A DNA stretch of 63,875 bases from Haliotis rubra (taxonomy: Eukaryota): NCBI RefSeq assembly GCF_003918875.1, contig NW_025765979.1, positions 126 through 64,000 on the forward strand, in the 5' to 3' direction. Positions 51,149-63,875 of the stretch are shown in pieces. Position 1 is the first letter of the stretch. Each line of letters opens with the position of its first letter. The position numbers and the translations under genes are program-made. The notes below the pieces were generated by a model. The model did no database searches, was not told the DNA's origin, and worked only from the letters and a program-made list of their open reading frames with translations.

Positions 51149-52199
51149 TGGTAGGAATCATATAGACAGAACCATAAAACACTGGTCGAGATATTCCTCT
51201 AACAAGGATGTTTACTTCCAGGTTCTGAAATAACAGAATGATACAATGTAGCAACTTATATTTAGCACTTATTATCATGAAACAACATTTGTGAATATCC
51301 CATTATAATGAAACTACAGCAATAAGTTCACAATACATGACACTGTCATGCAATGACTGCTCCCAAGTTTCACGAAACTTTGAAAAAGTCTAGCAAAACT
51401 ACAGATAGTAAATTCTATGAATTAACACTGAACATGTTGACTTAATATTGATTCTAAAACTACAAACTGACTCTAAAATCCTGACATTATAACAGAAATC
51501 TGCTATATAGTTACAAAACACAATGTATCAGATCGCACCATTACCACGAAAATAGGATACAGTTTTGCACGTTACCAAATAATTGAACATTCCTGTAATT
51601 TAAAAATACTCTGAAAATAGTATAATACAAAGCCACAAAACATGGATATATTATAAGAGTGACATTTGTACCTGAAGAGTGCATCTCGACCGTCTCTGAA
51701 ACTTCAACATTCAATCTATATTTGCTCTCAACAAACTCCTTTTTGACCATCGCGGGTCACTCATGCGCTCGCTCGCAGTAAACTTTTAACAGCCAGGGAG
51801 CATCTATTGTATCAAATGTCAACGACTTAAGCCACTACTACGATGTATCTACAGTCAGAGAACTTAACTACTGGTCAAATAAAGATATTATTCCAAACGA
51901 GTACACAAAATGCAAAATACTGCTGCACATTTCCTGACTAGAAACAATTCTGCAAAATATTATGATTACATCAGGGAAAACCAAACAAATTGTAGTCATG
52001 ACCACACTAAATATACACTATTAGTCTCTAAAACCAAAACAGTTACAACATAATAAGACTGTCTGCATGGTATTTCATAATACCAATGTACATGATAAAA
52101 TGACAAGCTCTTTATACTGACACACAAATAAAACTAACCATAGCAGAATAATTCAGGTGCAACCTAGCCTTAAAACAACATGTAATATTATTCCAAACA
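51149..52199 (-). repeat. 3' LTR of BEL/Pao element
   Basis: TGGTAGGAATC...TTCCAAACA; matches 57790-58827. Confidence 0.95.
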
Positions 52200-52241
52200 A
52201 TCCTCGGGGGGCAACAAAATGAGCATGATAACAAACTGGTC

Positions 52242-55200
52242 TTATGCTTCCAAGATAAGATAACATCTCTGCACAGAACGCTTGTATACCCCATTCTTGG
52301 TGCGAACTTTGACATTTCTGATGATTCCATCCTTACCCGGATACACATCAGTAATAGGAGCAAGGTCCCATTTACCTCTGGGTGCACCATAGTCAACAAG
52401 TAACACAATGTCTCCTTCTTGTAACTGTCGGCCTTTTACTTGCCACTTACTTCTCCTCATTAATGTCGGTAGGTATTCTCTCAGGAACGCTTCCACACTT
52501 GCTGAACAAGCATTTGAACATATTCAAATCTCTTATGAAGGTTCCTAGTTTCCTGAAATGGACCCTGAGGGACCTCAGCTGAAGCTCTTCCAAGAAGAAA
52601 ATGATTTGGGGTGAGAGGTTGAAGGTCATTTGGGTCACACCTTGAATAACCCAGTGGTCTGCTGTTGATCAAACATTTAACTTCAGCAAATGCTGTTGAC
52701 ATTTCATTCCAGGTAAGTACCTGATGTCCAATGGCAACTTTCAAGGCTTGCTTTACTTGTTTAATTAAACTCTCATACAGTCCTCCTTGATGTGGGCTTA
52801 AAGGAGTTATAAACTGCCACTTGACTCTATGAAGCACTGCAAAATCCTGGATTTGCTTTTTTCCCTTCCTCAACCAATGCCCTGAGTCTCTCTCTGCCCC
52901 TACAAATGAGGTACCATTATCAGAGATAATTTTCTGTGGCCATCCATGATTTGCAGCAAAGCGCCGAAGAACTTGGAGAAATGCTTGTGTTGACAGTCCA
53001 TCAACAATTTCTAAGTGAATTGTTCTCACATTTGCACATGCAAATATTGAGCCCCAAGCCTTTGTTGTCTTGTTCCTTCCATATTTCAACAAAACGGTCC
53101 AAACAGATCAACACCCGTTACAGTGAATGGAGGGAAAATGGCATCAGTCTTTCTGGGGGAGGTCTGACATCAAGGTTGTATGACCAGGTTGTCGAAGCTT
53201 TCGACAAATAACACAATTTCTCACTACAGCCTTTGCAAGACTCCTTCCTCGAACAATCCAGTATGTTCTCCGACATTCGCATAATGTCTCTCTGGTCCTG
53301 CATGACCCATTTTCACATGTACATCCTGCATTATCAGTCTGCAAATGTGGTGACCTGCAGGTAACAATATAGGATGGATCTGATCATACTGCAAAGGGAA
53401 TGCCGCAATCTGCCTCCCACTCGGATGACACCATTCGCAACAAATGGAACAAGGTCAATGAAATCCGTTTCCCAGTCAAGCATCCCTGCTTGTACATATT
53501 TCACCCAGAACAATTCAGCTGCAGATGCTTCATGACACTGCAGAGATATTTCAAACTCAGTCTGCTGTTACTCTTTCTTACTTTGTCTCGAAGTCTTTGG
53601 ATGAATCGAAGACAGTAAGGGCTGTAACCCTCAAAAAGATGCTGCCAGCTTGACACATTCTCTGCTTCAATGACTGGTAACACTGGGATACATGAAGCAA
53701 CAAGTTTAGATTTCCTCATCTCTGAACTGTCTTTAACAACTACTTCATCTGTTGGTTGTATAGGCCATTGCTCAGTTGGCAGTTTCAGGAAAGATGGACC
53801 ATGAACCCATCTTCCATTTATCTCCTCGACAGATATGCCACGACTCAAGTCATCAGCTGGGTTCAAGGCTGTTGGTACATACTTCCAGTGACTTGCATCC
53901 CAAACAGATTGAATCTCCGCAATACGAACACCTACAAAGGCCTTGAATGATATTGAATCAGAGTGTATCCAGTGGAGTACAATCCGAGAGTCAGTCCACA
54001 ATGTTACATCTGATGGCTTCTCTTTAAATTCAATACAGATTGTCTTGGCAAGCCTTGTGGCAACTAAGGCAGCCATAAGTTCCCACCTTGGTATGGTTGT
54101 TTGATGCAGTGGAGCCACTCTTGCCTTGGCAAACACCAATTGTACTTCTGTACCTCTCACAGTTGGCCACAGTAGGTATGCTGCCGCTCCATAGGCTCCC
54201 ATACTTGCATCACCAAACACATGTAGCTCGGAAGAACCGACAGAGTCACATGGCTTCAGGCATCTTACAAATTCAACATGTTCAAGCCTTTTCATCTCTG
54301 CAAATAATCCTTGCCATAGTTCACACATCTCGTCAGGTAGGGGGTCATCCCAGTCCAAGGACTTGTGTCTCCAGACATCTTGCATTGCCATCTTGGCTTT
54401 TATAGTGACTGCTGCTGCCAGACCTAGGGGGTCATATAACATTGACATCTTTGACAGCACTATCCTCTTGGTATACTTCTCTGTGCTCACATCTCTGACA
54501 ACAAAGCTCATAGTATCCATCACAGGATTCCATCCTAAACCTAAGGTTTTGACCTCCTCACCATCAAGACTAATATCTGTTTCATTCAGCTTTCCGCGCT
54601 TCTCCAGTGCAAGCTGTTTGCGAACCTCCTCCAGTGAACAATACCATTCCTTTATCTGGAACTGTCCTGTGGCTAGGATTCTGTCAAGATCATGCATTCT
54701 CTTTAAAGCTTCATCAGAAGTTTCACAAGAATGTATTAAGTCATCCATGTATCTGTCTCTTTTCAACACATTTGATGCATCAGGATAATCTTCCTTATGT
54801 TGATCTGCCATAAGGAGGACAACATAACTCGCCATGTCAGGTGATGGTTTGTCACCAAATGTGACTCGGAGAAGTCTGTAAACAGTAGGGCATGTGGCTG
54901 TTTCTATGTCTCTCCAGAGGAATCTATGAACATGTGTATCACTATCTTTGAGTTTTATCTGTAAATACATCTTGGAAATGTCTCCAACTATGGCTACAGG
55001 TTCTTCACGAAACCTAAGAAGAACGCCAAGTAGCTTTCCTATCAACCCTGGACCTTTGTACAAGTAGGAGTTCAGTGACACACCTTGGTACTGACACGCT
55101 GGGTCAAGCACCACACGAAGGGGTGTGCTTGGTTTATCAGGCCGGTAGACTCCGTGATGAGGAAGATAATACACTGGTCCCTGATCACAATGTGATTTAC

Positions 55201-57739
55201 TCATATCAACTTTCTCAGCCCAGGCATTCTGTTCATATTCATGAATGGCGTCATTGTACATCTTCGCCTTTGCGTCGTCTTTCTGGAGACTGCGTTCCAG
55301 AGAACAGAGGCGCTTCTCGGCAAGAAAGTAGTTGTTTGGCAATGATGATGGATCCCTTTCCCATGGAAGACCAATCTCATATCTATCTCCCTGCTTGACA
55401 CAAGATGATTGCATCAATTCAAGTGCCTTACGATCTTCGCCTGACATAACTTCAGTTGGGCAGTCACAATTGGGAGCCTGAATCCCAAGGGTCTCAAAGT
55501 CATAAAACTTCTCAAGATTAACTTTGTCAACAAAGTTAACTGAACAGATGGATGATAGACGTTGTGTTTTGTCTGGTCCCATCGCATACCATCCTAGTTT
55601 CGTCCGCTTCCCAATTGGTTCAAATGGCAGTCCTTGGCGTACCTCTTCTTCCGCATGCAGGTGACTGTAGTGTACTCCCAATATCAGGTCAATCGGTCCA
55701 GCTTTGTGTGGGAAGTCAATATCCTGCAAGTGAGGAAATGAATGTAATCATGGCCTATCCAAGGGCTCCATACTCAAGACTGTCTTGTCAATCTCATAGG
55801 CATCTATCTGGGATTCTTCCCCGCTCTCTAGATTGAACCCCAAAACTTTACTCGTCGGCTATTGATATTTTCCAACCTTTCACATCCTACTAATGACAAA
55901 TGAAGTCTCTCTTGTTTGCCTTGGAGTCCAAGAGCCTTTGCAAAATCCTTTCTTATGACTGTGGTCCCTGCACCACCATCCACTAAGACATTCCCTTCCC
56001 GTGTTCTGCCATTCTGAGCTTTGAACAGTACTCTCACTACTGGCAATATGCTATCACAATCCAGAGGTGTCGTGACTGAGCTTGCTATTGGTGGATCCAT
56101 GTGGAGCAGTTTATGGTGAGTCCTTTTGCAGCCATTTGTAGCACACTGTTTCCTTGACTTGCACTCTCTAGCTAAGTGTCCTCTCACCAGACAACTGAAA
56201 CATAGTCTGAGATCCTTGACCTTCTGCACACGTTCTGATACAGATGAATCAACAAGTGTGGGACACTCAGAAACTCGGTGTTCCTCTTCACACATGTAAC
56301 ACTTTGGTGTTCTCTTTATTTGCTGCTGTGAATATACACCCCTTTTCCTATCCCTAGGGTTTGGAAAATTTGCTTTCCAATCTGTCTTGCCCTTTTCAAT
56401 GTCACCAAAATCAGGATCAAACTCAACTTTGACCCTTTTTCTCACAAGGCACTAATATGAGTCACTGAAGGTACTTCACCCTTCTCTCTAAGATCTGTAG
56501 CAATAAATTTCCACTTCTCTATGAGGTGTGATGGCAGCCGGGTCACAATCTTCCGTAGATTATCATTGGCATTCACATCTGCATAGTAATTTATGCGTTG
56601 GAGGGTTGCAATGCAGTTAATTAGGTCCAGTGAAAAGTCACGCAAGGCTTCTCTATTATTTCCAGGAATCTTTGGCCCCTTTGTCAGCTTGTTAATAAGT
56701 GCACGTGCAATAATGCTTGCCTGACCAAACTGATCTTGTAGAATCTTCACGGCTGTGGCACACATTGTTCCACTTGAACCAAGTCCAGATATAGCCCTCT
56801 CTGCATCACCTGATACATGCATTCTCAGCTGCATCATCCTATCATCTGACAGATGAGGTTTATTATGAATATGAATTTTGAACTTCTCAATAAAGTTCAC
56901 ATACTCCAGAGGGTTTCCATCAAACTTCCCTAAGGTAACAGTTGGAATGTCTTTGCTGGCTTCCAACTTAAATAGAGCCTCAGCAATAGACATATTATTC
57001 AAATTTGAAGGCAACTCTGTCTCTGTAAACTCAACTAGACCTCCTATCCATGTATCAAATGGCTGGTTCTGTTGTAAAAGGTCTGGCTTCTCAACTGCCG
57101 ATGACTGTTGTCCAGTATGTGAGCTTTTGCCACTGGGCAAACTTGATGGGATATCATCTTTCTCACTGGTGTTAGATTGTGACTGATCCGGTGAATCTGT
57201 GGATGTGTCTGTAAGATTTTGTTGATTTGCCCTGTGTCACCAGAATGACCATCAGCTGATGAATTCTGTTCAGCATTGCTCCCTGAACCCGATGGAGTAG
57301 AATGATGAGACTTATTAGCATGATTAGACTTTGTAGTCTTCTGTTTCTGTGATTTACTGTGTGATAGATCTTCCTCTCCATTTTCACTAAGTGACAGTAA
57401 GTAATCTTCAGCCTCTTCCTCAAAGGTGTAGATGTCATTTATTACATCAGCCTCCCACTGGTCTAACCTGGCAACCTGAGTTTCATCAACACAGGTATAA
57501 AGTTCTGCATGTATCTCACAGACCTTAGTATAGTCTGTACGTAACTCCTCAAGTTCTTTCAACAGTCTTCGTCGACTCACATTCTCTTGAGCAATAGCTT
57601 CTTGCACTCTGTGGATAGTTCTAGTTATTTTTCCTCGGATACTCTTTCTCTTATTCTTCACCAACTTGATTCTCCCTTCAATATCTTGGGTATGTAGATC
57701 ATCACCCGTGCCAGTATCATCAGGTGATGGTGAACTCAT
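52242..57739 (-). CDS. BEL/Pao gag-pol polyprotein (several frameshifts)
   Basis: Gag FDGNPLEY; three Cys/His knuckles (CYMCEEEH..C, CFSCLVRGH..C, CATNGCKRTHH); protease LVDGGAG; RT YLPHHGV, YMDD; RNase H HVFGDAS; integrase SDNGTSF, GGLYESLIK. Confidence 0.93.
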
Positions 57740-57789
57740 GATTCTCTCTACCTACCAAGCTGAACACAGTACTTTACTCTTCAGAAAAT

Positions 57790-58827
57790 TGGCAGGAATC
57801 ATATAGACAGAACCATAAAACACTGGTCGAGATATTCCTCTAACAAGGATGTTTACTTCCAGGTTCTGAAATAACAGAATGATACAATGTAGCAACTTAT
57901 ATTTAGCACTTATTATCATGAAACAACATTTGTGAATATCCCATTATAATGAAACTACAGCAATAAGTTCACAATACATGACACTGTCATGCAATGACTG
58001 CTCCCAAGTTTCACGAAACTTTGAAAAAGTCTAGCAAAACTACAGATAGTAAATTCCATGAATTAACACTGAACATGTTGACTTAATATTGATTCTAAAA
58101 CTACAAACTGACTCTAAAATCCTGACATTATAACAGAAATCTGCTATATAGTTACAAAACACAATGTATCAGAGCGCACCATTACCACGAAAATAGGATA
58201 CAGTTTTGCACGTGACCAAATAATTGAACATTCCTGTAATTGCAAAAATACTCTGAAAATAGTATAATACACCGCCACAACATGGATATATTATAAGAGT
58301 GACATTTGTACCTGAAGAGTGCATCTCGACCGTCTCTGAAACTTCAACATTCAATCTATATTTGCTCTCAACAAACTCCTTTTTGACCATCGCGGGTCAC
58401 TCATGCGCTCGCTCGCAGTAAACTTTTAACAGCCAGGGAGCATCTATTGTATCAAATGTCAACGACTTAAGCCACTACTACGATGTATCTACAGTCAGAG
58501 AACTTAACTACTGGTCAAATAAAGATATTATTCCAAACGAGTACACAAAATGCAAAATACTGCTGCACATTTCCTGACTAGAAACAATTCTGCAAAATAT
58601 TATGATTACATCAGGGAAAACCAAACAAATACACTAAATATACACTATTAGTCTCTAAAACCAAAACAGTTACAACATAATAAGACTGTCTGCATGGTAT
58701 TTCATAATACCAATGTACATGATAAAAATGACAAGCTCTTTATACTGACACACAAATAAAACTAACCATAGCAGAATAATTCAGGTGCAACCTAGCCTTA
58801 AAAAAATATGTAATATTATTCCAAACA
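57790..58827 (-). repeat. 5' LTR of BEL/Pao element
   Basis: TGGCAGGAATC...TTCCAAACA. Confidence 0.95.
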
Positions 58828-59675
58828 ATAGTCTTCATGGCTTTCTAGGCCATATACGCTTATGGTGCCAATATCTGATGCTCAGAGTAGCGTCCCTTCT
58901 GCGAAGTCAGGTGAACGACGGGCTGACAACGACCTCGGTCCTTAATAATGTACAACTTGACACAAAACATCAGTTTTAGTCATATCAGATTTAGTTGCAT
59001 TTCCTGTCCTACCTGGGATTTCTGTATATACAAGGACTAAGATTACCGCGTGTCATCTCGCAAACAAAAACGAAAATGGCTATAAACTGCCCATATGTTT
59101 TCGTTCAGTTTACCGGTGAATTGGTTATAGAAATACTAAATAATATTACACACGGAAAGCTGATGGAATGGTTGGAATAATATATAAAAGAAACAATTAT
59201 TATATCAGAAATGAAAATGTTATTTTAGTTGGATTATTTACTGTATATATTTGAAATAAGAATGGCCATAATGTAATTATGTTCACGTGACCATTTATGT
59301 AAACAATATTGAATATTTCAATTAAACTAATACAATATGTTAAGAACAAAAGTCGAGATATACGAAGAACTGTTTTCATAAAAGAAAAAATGTTGCTAGA
59401 TGCAGATTGATGAATTGCAAAACAAGCATAGTCGATGTCTCGTATATGGGTCACGACACAGTGTATTTGGCAACCTTGGCAATTACAATTCACTAAATTT
59501 TCTGATAAATGAAGCATTCTATGTAGTATGTATTTCACTTCAAGTAGAAATCGTCGAATAGGCGAGGTTTCCGGATATCCTGGGTCCGGAAAAGTGTGCG
59601 TCCCCTAAATGAGTGTAAAGTTTCATTTCCCGGAACTTGGTGTCTAACGACTGTATATTCATGCCCACAACGCGA

Positions 59676-62600
59676 TCAGAGGATTATTTGCATCTGTTGA
59701 ATTTGCCGTGTCAAGTTGTCCCTGTAACGTTTCTCTAGTTCACGGATGGCTGCAGTCAGTTTGTGAGGTATTCTGCTCATCTGTTGCTCATGCACATGCG
59801 TACTTTGTATCTTGGCTGTTGCCCTAAACAGGTCTTGTATTTGATCATTCGCCATCTTTGATTGTGTCCCAATGTTGACAAGCACGGGAGGTTGTAGCAG
59901 AACTGGAGAAATTCTTTCAGGAAACTGGGAATGTTCTTGAGATATCCCTTCAAAGTGATATCGTCATCTAGTGTTATGAACACAAGCACTATTTTGTGTG
60001 ATATTGGCTTCCTAGCAATTGCGCTGGCATGTTTGAAGAGCAGTTCCTCTTCATATGTCATTGGCGATGCCTGTACAACAAGCAAGAAAGCATCAGTGGA
60101 ACTTGCCCTGCTCACCAACTCCTCAACTGTAGTCTTAATGTTCTGGCTGTTGTGCAAGGAAAAACCTGGTGTGTCCATTATCTGAAATGTCCTGTTATCC
60201 ACGCTTGCCCGTCTCTCTTGACATACTGTTGTAGGTTTAAGTAATCCAGGTTCTCGCCTGCAATTGTATTGGCAAGGAGACTTTTCCCTGTCTTAGCGTA
60301 GCCCAGGAGCACAACACGCACGGTTTCTTTGGGAACTGAAACACAAATGCGAACATTTATTACAGTGAGTAGTCATCAGCGAGCTGCATTTTGCCTTTGA
60401 AGAAGGCAACATGCAATTGATAATATTTTAGCTATAAACTCACAACACTGAAATGAAAAAGGCATCAGCCGATAATTTAGAAAACGCGTTATGATACAAT
60501 TGTTTTCACAGGTATGACATAATCTGTGATACTAACCTTCATCGCGTTCGTAGATCCTCAATATCGGAGTAGGAATTGCCTTCAGCTTGTCCTGATTGGT
60601 CTCGAGTTTGTGATGTGTGGCGGATACCATGATGTGCTTAAACTGTGTCAAGTCCTGACGAGACTGGTGGAAAGATTCTATAGTCTCGATTGTCACTTCA
60701 TCGTGGGCATGGCTGAAAATAGGCATATTCACACTCCTTATCTCTGACCATCCCATCACACAGAGATTGCGTGTTAGAATGTTCGTTAGCCATAAGACCC
60801 AACACTAGGCTAAGTCAATAAACCTGCTGAATATACAAAGTACCTAGCATGTATGATCGCTTAGCCCCAGTCAACCCATTCTTGAAGAACGAAGCTATAT
60901 GTAAAACAACCAGCTCAATATGTCATGCCCTTTACAATAATTCATTTGCTCTGATGGAGCAAATTACCTCTAGTATACAAACCTACTTTCTTTTAGTCTT
61001 TTCCTCCATGCTGTCACAGATAAGTAGTGTTTTTCCGCTGCGTTCCAGTCGTTGGGCAGCTTCGAACATGAACACTGTTTTCCCAGGTTGTGATTGCAGA
61101 TCAATATTGTCAAGTAACATTGACAACTGTTCTTTCTTCAAAACCCAGAACGCTCCGACTTCACCATTTTTTAGATGACATTGGGATCCTTGTTCTTGCA
61201 ACTGCGGCTGTTAAAGCAGTCTTCAGTCTTTCAAATTTCGAATCGTTCATGTTCTTTTGATTAGGAAAGCACGATTCAATTACCATAGACTTTCTCTTAT
61301 GAACGGTATTGTGAAAGTTTTTCTTTTTGAGATATAGTTTTTCCTCGGTGGCCAAAAAGATAAGATTGAACTTTTCTGCTGTGTATTTTCCAAGAATTAC
61401 CCTCATGCGGCGAGCCACTTCAGCATTATACTGATCAATGCCATCAAATGCCTCAGATGCGAAAGATATAAAAATAGGAAGGCACCTTCGTGTAATGATT
61501 ATTACGTCACAGTGCAAAATATCAGGAGGTTTGCTACTTGGCAAGTTTAAGGTTGTCGCCATATGCGGATGTTCCTTCTCGAGAGTCCCAACAAACTTCA
61601 GTGGTAGTATTGCGGGATCTTCTTTAGTACCTAAAGAAGTATGCAGTTACCAGTATTAGACACATACATGTCAGTCAAGTATTATCAGGTGCTATACTGT
61701 TTTGACAGTTTCCATACAGAGTCTTTAAATTTGTCGATATGGATTAGACTATCGACGCTCCATCATCTATAACTCCAGCACGGTCATTCTATAAACTACC
61801 CTAGTGTAGGTATTGCAACACGTTTGTCCTGGGGTTATAGAGCATGACAACAATTATAACGCGAACTAAAGGTGGCATTAGGGGTCGTTCATAATTTATG
61901 GCCTGGGTGTGGAGTGTGGGAGAGGATGATGATGATGATTGTTATGGAGAGACATGTACAATGTAAATGACCCCACCACTCCCACCACCCTAAAGTTTAT
62001 GTTTAAAGAGACCCCCTGCATGTCATGTACAAAATTGATGACACCCCACCACACACCCCTCCCTAGAACAATACCCGTGACGGTTCGGGTTAAAATGAAC
62101 CTTCAGTAACCAATGCTTGTCGTAAGAGGCGACTAACGGGATCGGGTGGTCAGGCTCGTTGACACATGTAATCGGTCCCATTTGCGCAGTGCGTTGCTCA
62201 TGCTGTTGATCACTGGATTGTCTGGTCCAGAATCGATTATATATAGACCGCTGCCATATAGCTGGAATATTGCTAAGTGCGGCGTAAAAACTAAACTCAC
62301 GCACTCACTCCCTAGAACAAAATGGGTGACCTCTCCTTACAATCATCATGAACAAGGATGTGGCTGTGCACGGCGCGATAAAGAACTTTTAGACTGTTGA
62401 ATTCTTAGACTTCTGGACTGTGACGATTTCGGTACATTATGTAGACATGTACAACATTACGTCATCCAAAGCGATAGCCTTTGTCATCATCGGGGTCCCT
62501 TTGTTAGCCTGAATTGTCATGTGTCAGTTTCTCTGCGACTTTTAACTGGTTCAACCTAAACTATCCCTTCTAAATCTTGGAATTACTGATTATGCATGCA

Positions 62601-63244
62601 TGAATCATTTAAGTGTATTATTTTTGCATTAGAGATAGAGCGTCGGTGAATTTGCGTAAGGAGTCGGTTATTCTATACCTTGTGGAAAATATGCTTGAGC
62701 AGCATCGAAGCTGTCACCATAGTAGTAGGTAGTTGGCGGAAATGGATCACTGCATGGTAATGTCAGCTGGTGTATGTCTCTGTCTGTATCTGACCCTGAA
62801 ATTGACATGAACATGCTTACGAAACGAAGTTGCGAGGCTTGAGGAATACGTGTTATACAAAAATTTGTCTTCTTTCTGATGGGGAGTTTTGGGTCCAGGG
62901 AAACGTAGGAACCAAATATACTATGTTTGACTCAGTTGAAGAGTAGCAGTTCTTTAGGGTTTTGACAAACTGACAAACGGATAAAGAAAGATACGGACAA
63001 CTCTCCGCAAGCACTCGGTGTCATCGTAATTTCTGCAATGATTCATAAACACATGCTCATGATGCGCGTGGGTATTTGACGTTGATTTTATGAACGATAA
63101 TTTGTGACCTTGGAAGTGTTTTCCACAAGTATCCTTCTTCATGTGCATAAAGAAACAGTTTCGCAAGAACGTGAGTTCAACTGGTGCAAAATGGGGTGGC
63201 TTCTTGTCTAAATGGCTTACCCCAAAATGTAACCTAGACGTCAT
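59676..63244 (-). pseudogene. Schlafen-like-GIMAP fusion gene, copy 2; exons ~63244-62679, 61630-60987, 60712-60537, 60335-59676
   Basis: Colinear with copy 1; ~65-nt deletion removing the SWADL-like motif start, 21-nt deletion before PGKT, net 10-nt frameshifting deletion after the GTPase P-loop, further 1-bp indels. Confidence 0.78.
62073..62310 (+). mobile_element. SINE-like family B (counterpart of 9175-9422)
   Basis: Same sequence, TSD CTCCCTAGAACAA. Confidence 0.9.
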
Positions 63245-63875
63245 AAATGAAGAATAACATGTAACAACTTTACTTTAACTCTTCACTTTATTTAATGTAG
63301 CCGGAAAGAAGAAATATTCACGCTCTCGACGTGTGTTTTATTCAATCTATTAAGTTTACTTCGTAATTCTGGCCACATGACCCATGGTACAGTTGTAAGA
63401 TATAACATATGGGTCACGTGTCCAGAGTGTTACATATTTGTCAATCTCATTCTAAATAATGTACATAGATATAAAGCTATCAGCGCAGTACATTAACATC
63501 ACAGGAGATAAATACATTTGCTAACTCTACCAATAATGTTTCTATAATAAGGTAAGAAAACTATTTTGAATATATTTCTTATATACAAAAAAGATCTGGT
63601 ATTCCATATGGTATTCCATTCTGAATTCATAGGTTGCTCTAACTAACCGTTTGTCCATGAGTACATAATTAGGGCTGCAGACGACATATTATGTCAAAAT
63701 AATGCACTAAAATGCAGACAACTCCAAACAGTGGCAACACTTTGGGAAATATACTGAACCACAAAGGAAATGTCGCACCGATGGCGGTTCCTCAAAAACA
63801 CACACTTTTAATTCAGTCTAATTAACAATCAAAACGGAGGATTGAGTTCAAACGTGACAAATTACGGGTTAACAC

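Larger units (their letters stand above)
51149..58827 (-). mobile_element. Full-length BEL/Pao LTR retrotransposon
   Basis: Two near-identical ~1.04-kb TG..CA LTRs; 5-bp TSD ATAGT (51144-51148, 58828-58832); gag-PR-RT-RH-IN order; absent from duplicate copy 1. Confidence 0.96.
44680..63875 (+). repeat. Segmental duplication copy 2 (runs off the window end)
   Basis: Colinear with 1-10826; extra segments at ~48600-48905, ~49486-49605, 51149-58832 and ~63274-63422. Confidence 0.95.

Noticed and set aside
51541-51750. Duplicated small ORF (also 58169-58390)
   Set aside because: Lies within the LTRs and has no recognisable domain.

Overview
AT-rich, repeat-dense animal DNA, most likely a mollusc (possibly a gastropod such as abalone; inferred from the SINE and gene families). 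The window holds an immune-flavoured cluster. (1) A spliced minus-strand gene whose exons join a Schlafen-type middle (SWADL-like) domain and a degenerate, truncated Schlafen helicase lobe to a C-terminal AIG1/GIMAP GTPase; it occurs twice (about 6.7-10.3 kb and 59.7-63.2 kb). (2) A single-coding-exon Toll-like receptor (14954-17587). (3) Two tandem 10-exon heparanase-like (GH79) genes that keep the nucleophile Glu but apparently lack the acid/base Glu. Bases 1-10.8 kb are duplicated at 44.7 kb to the window end, and the second copy carries a young BEL/Pao LTR retrotransposon. Also present are a ~40-bp satellite, a 21-bp minisatellite, three Tc1 elements, MITEs, LINE and Penelope relics and three SINE-like families. 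Many 1-bp frameshifts suggest long-read assembly errors. Protein family assignments are by-eye motif recognition, not database hits.
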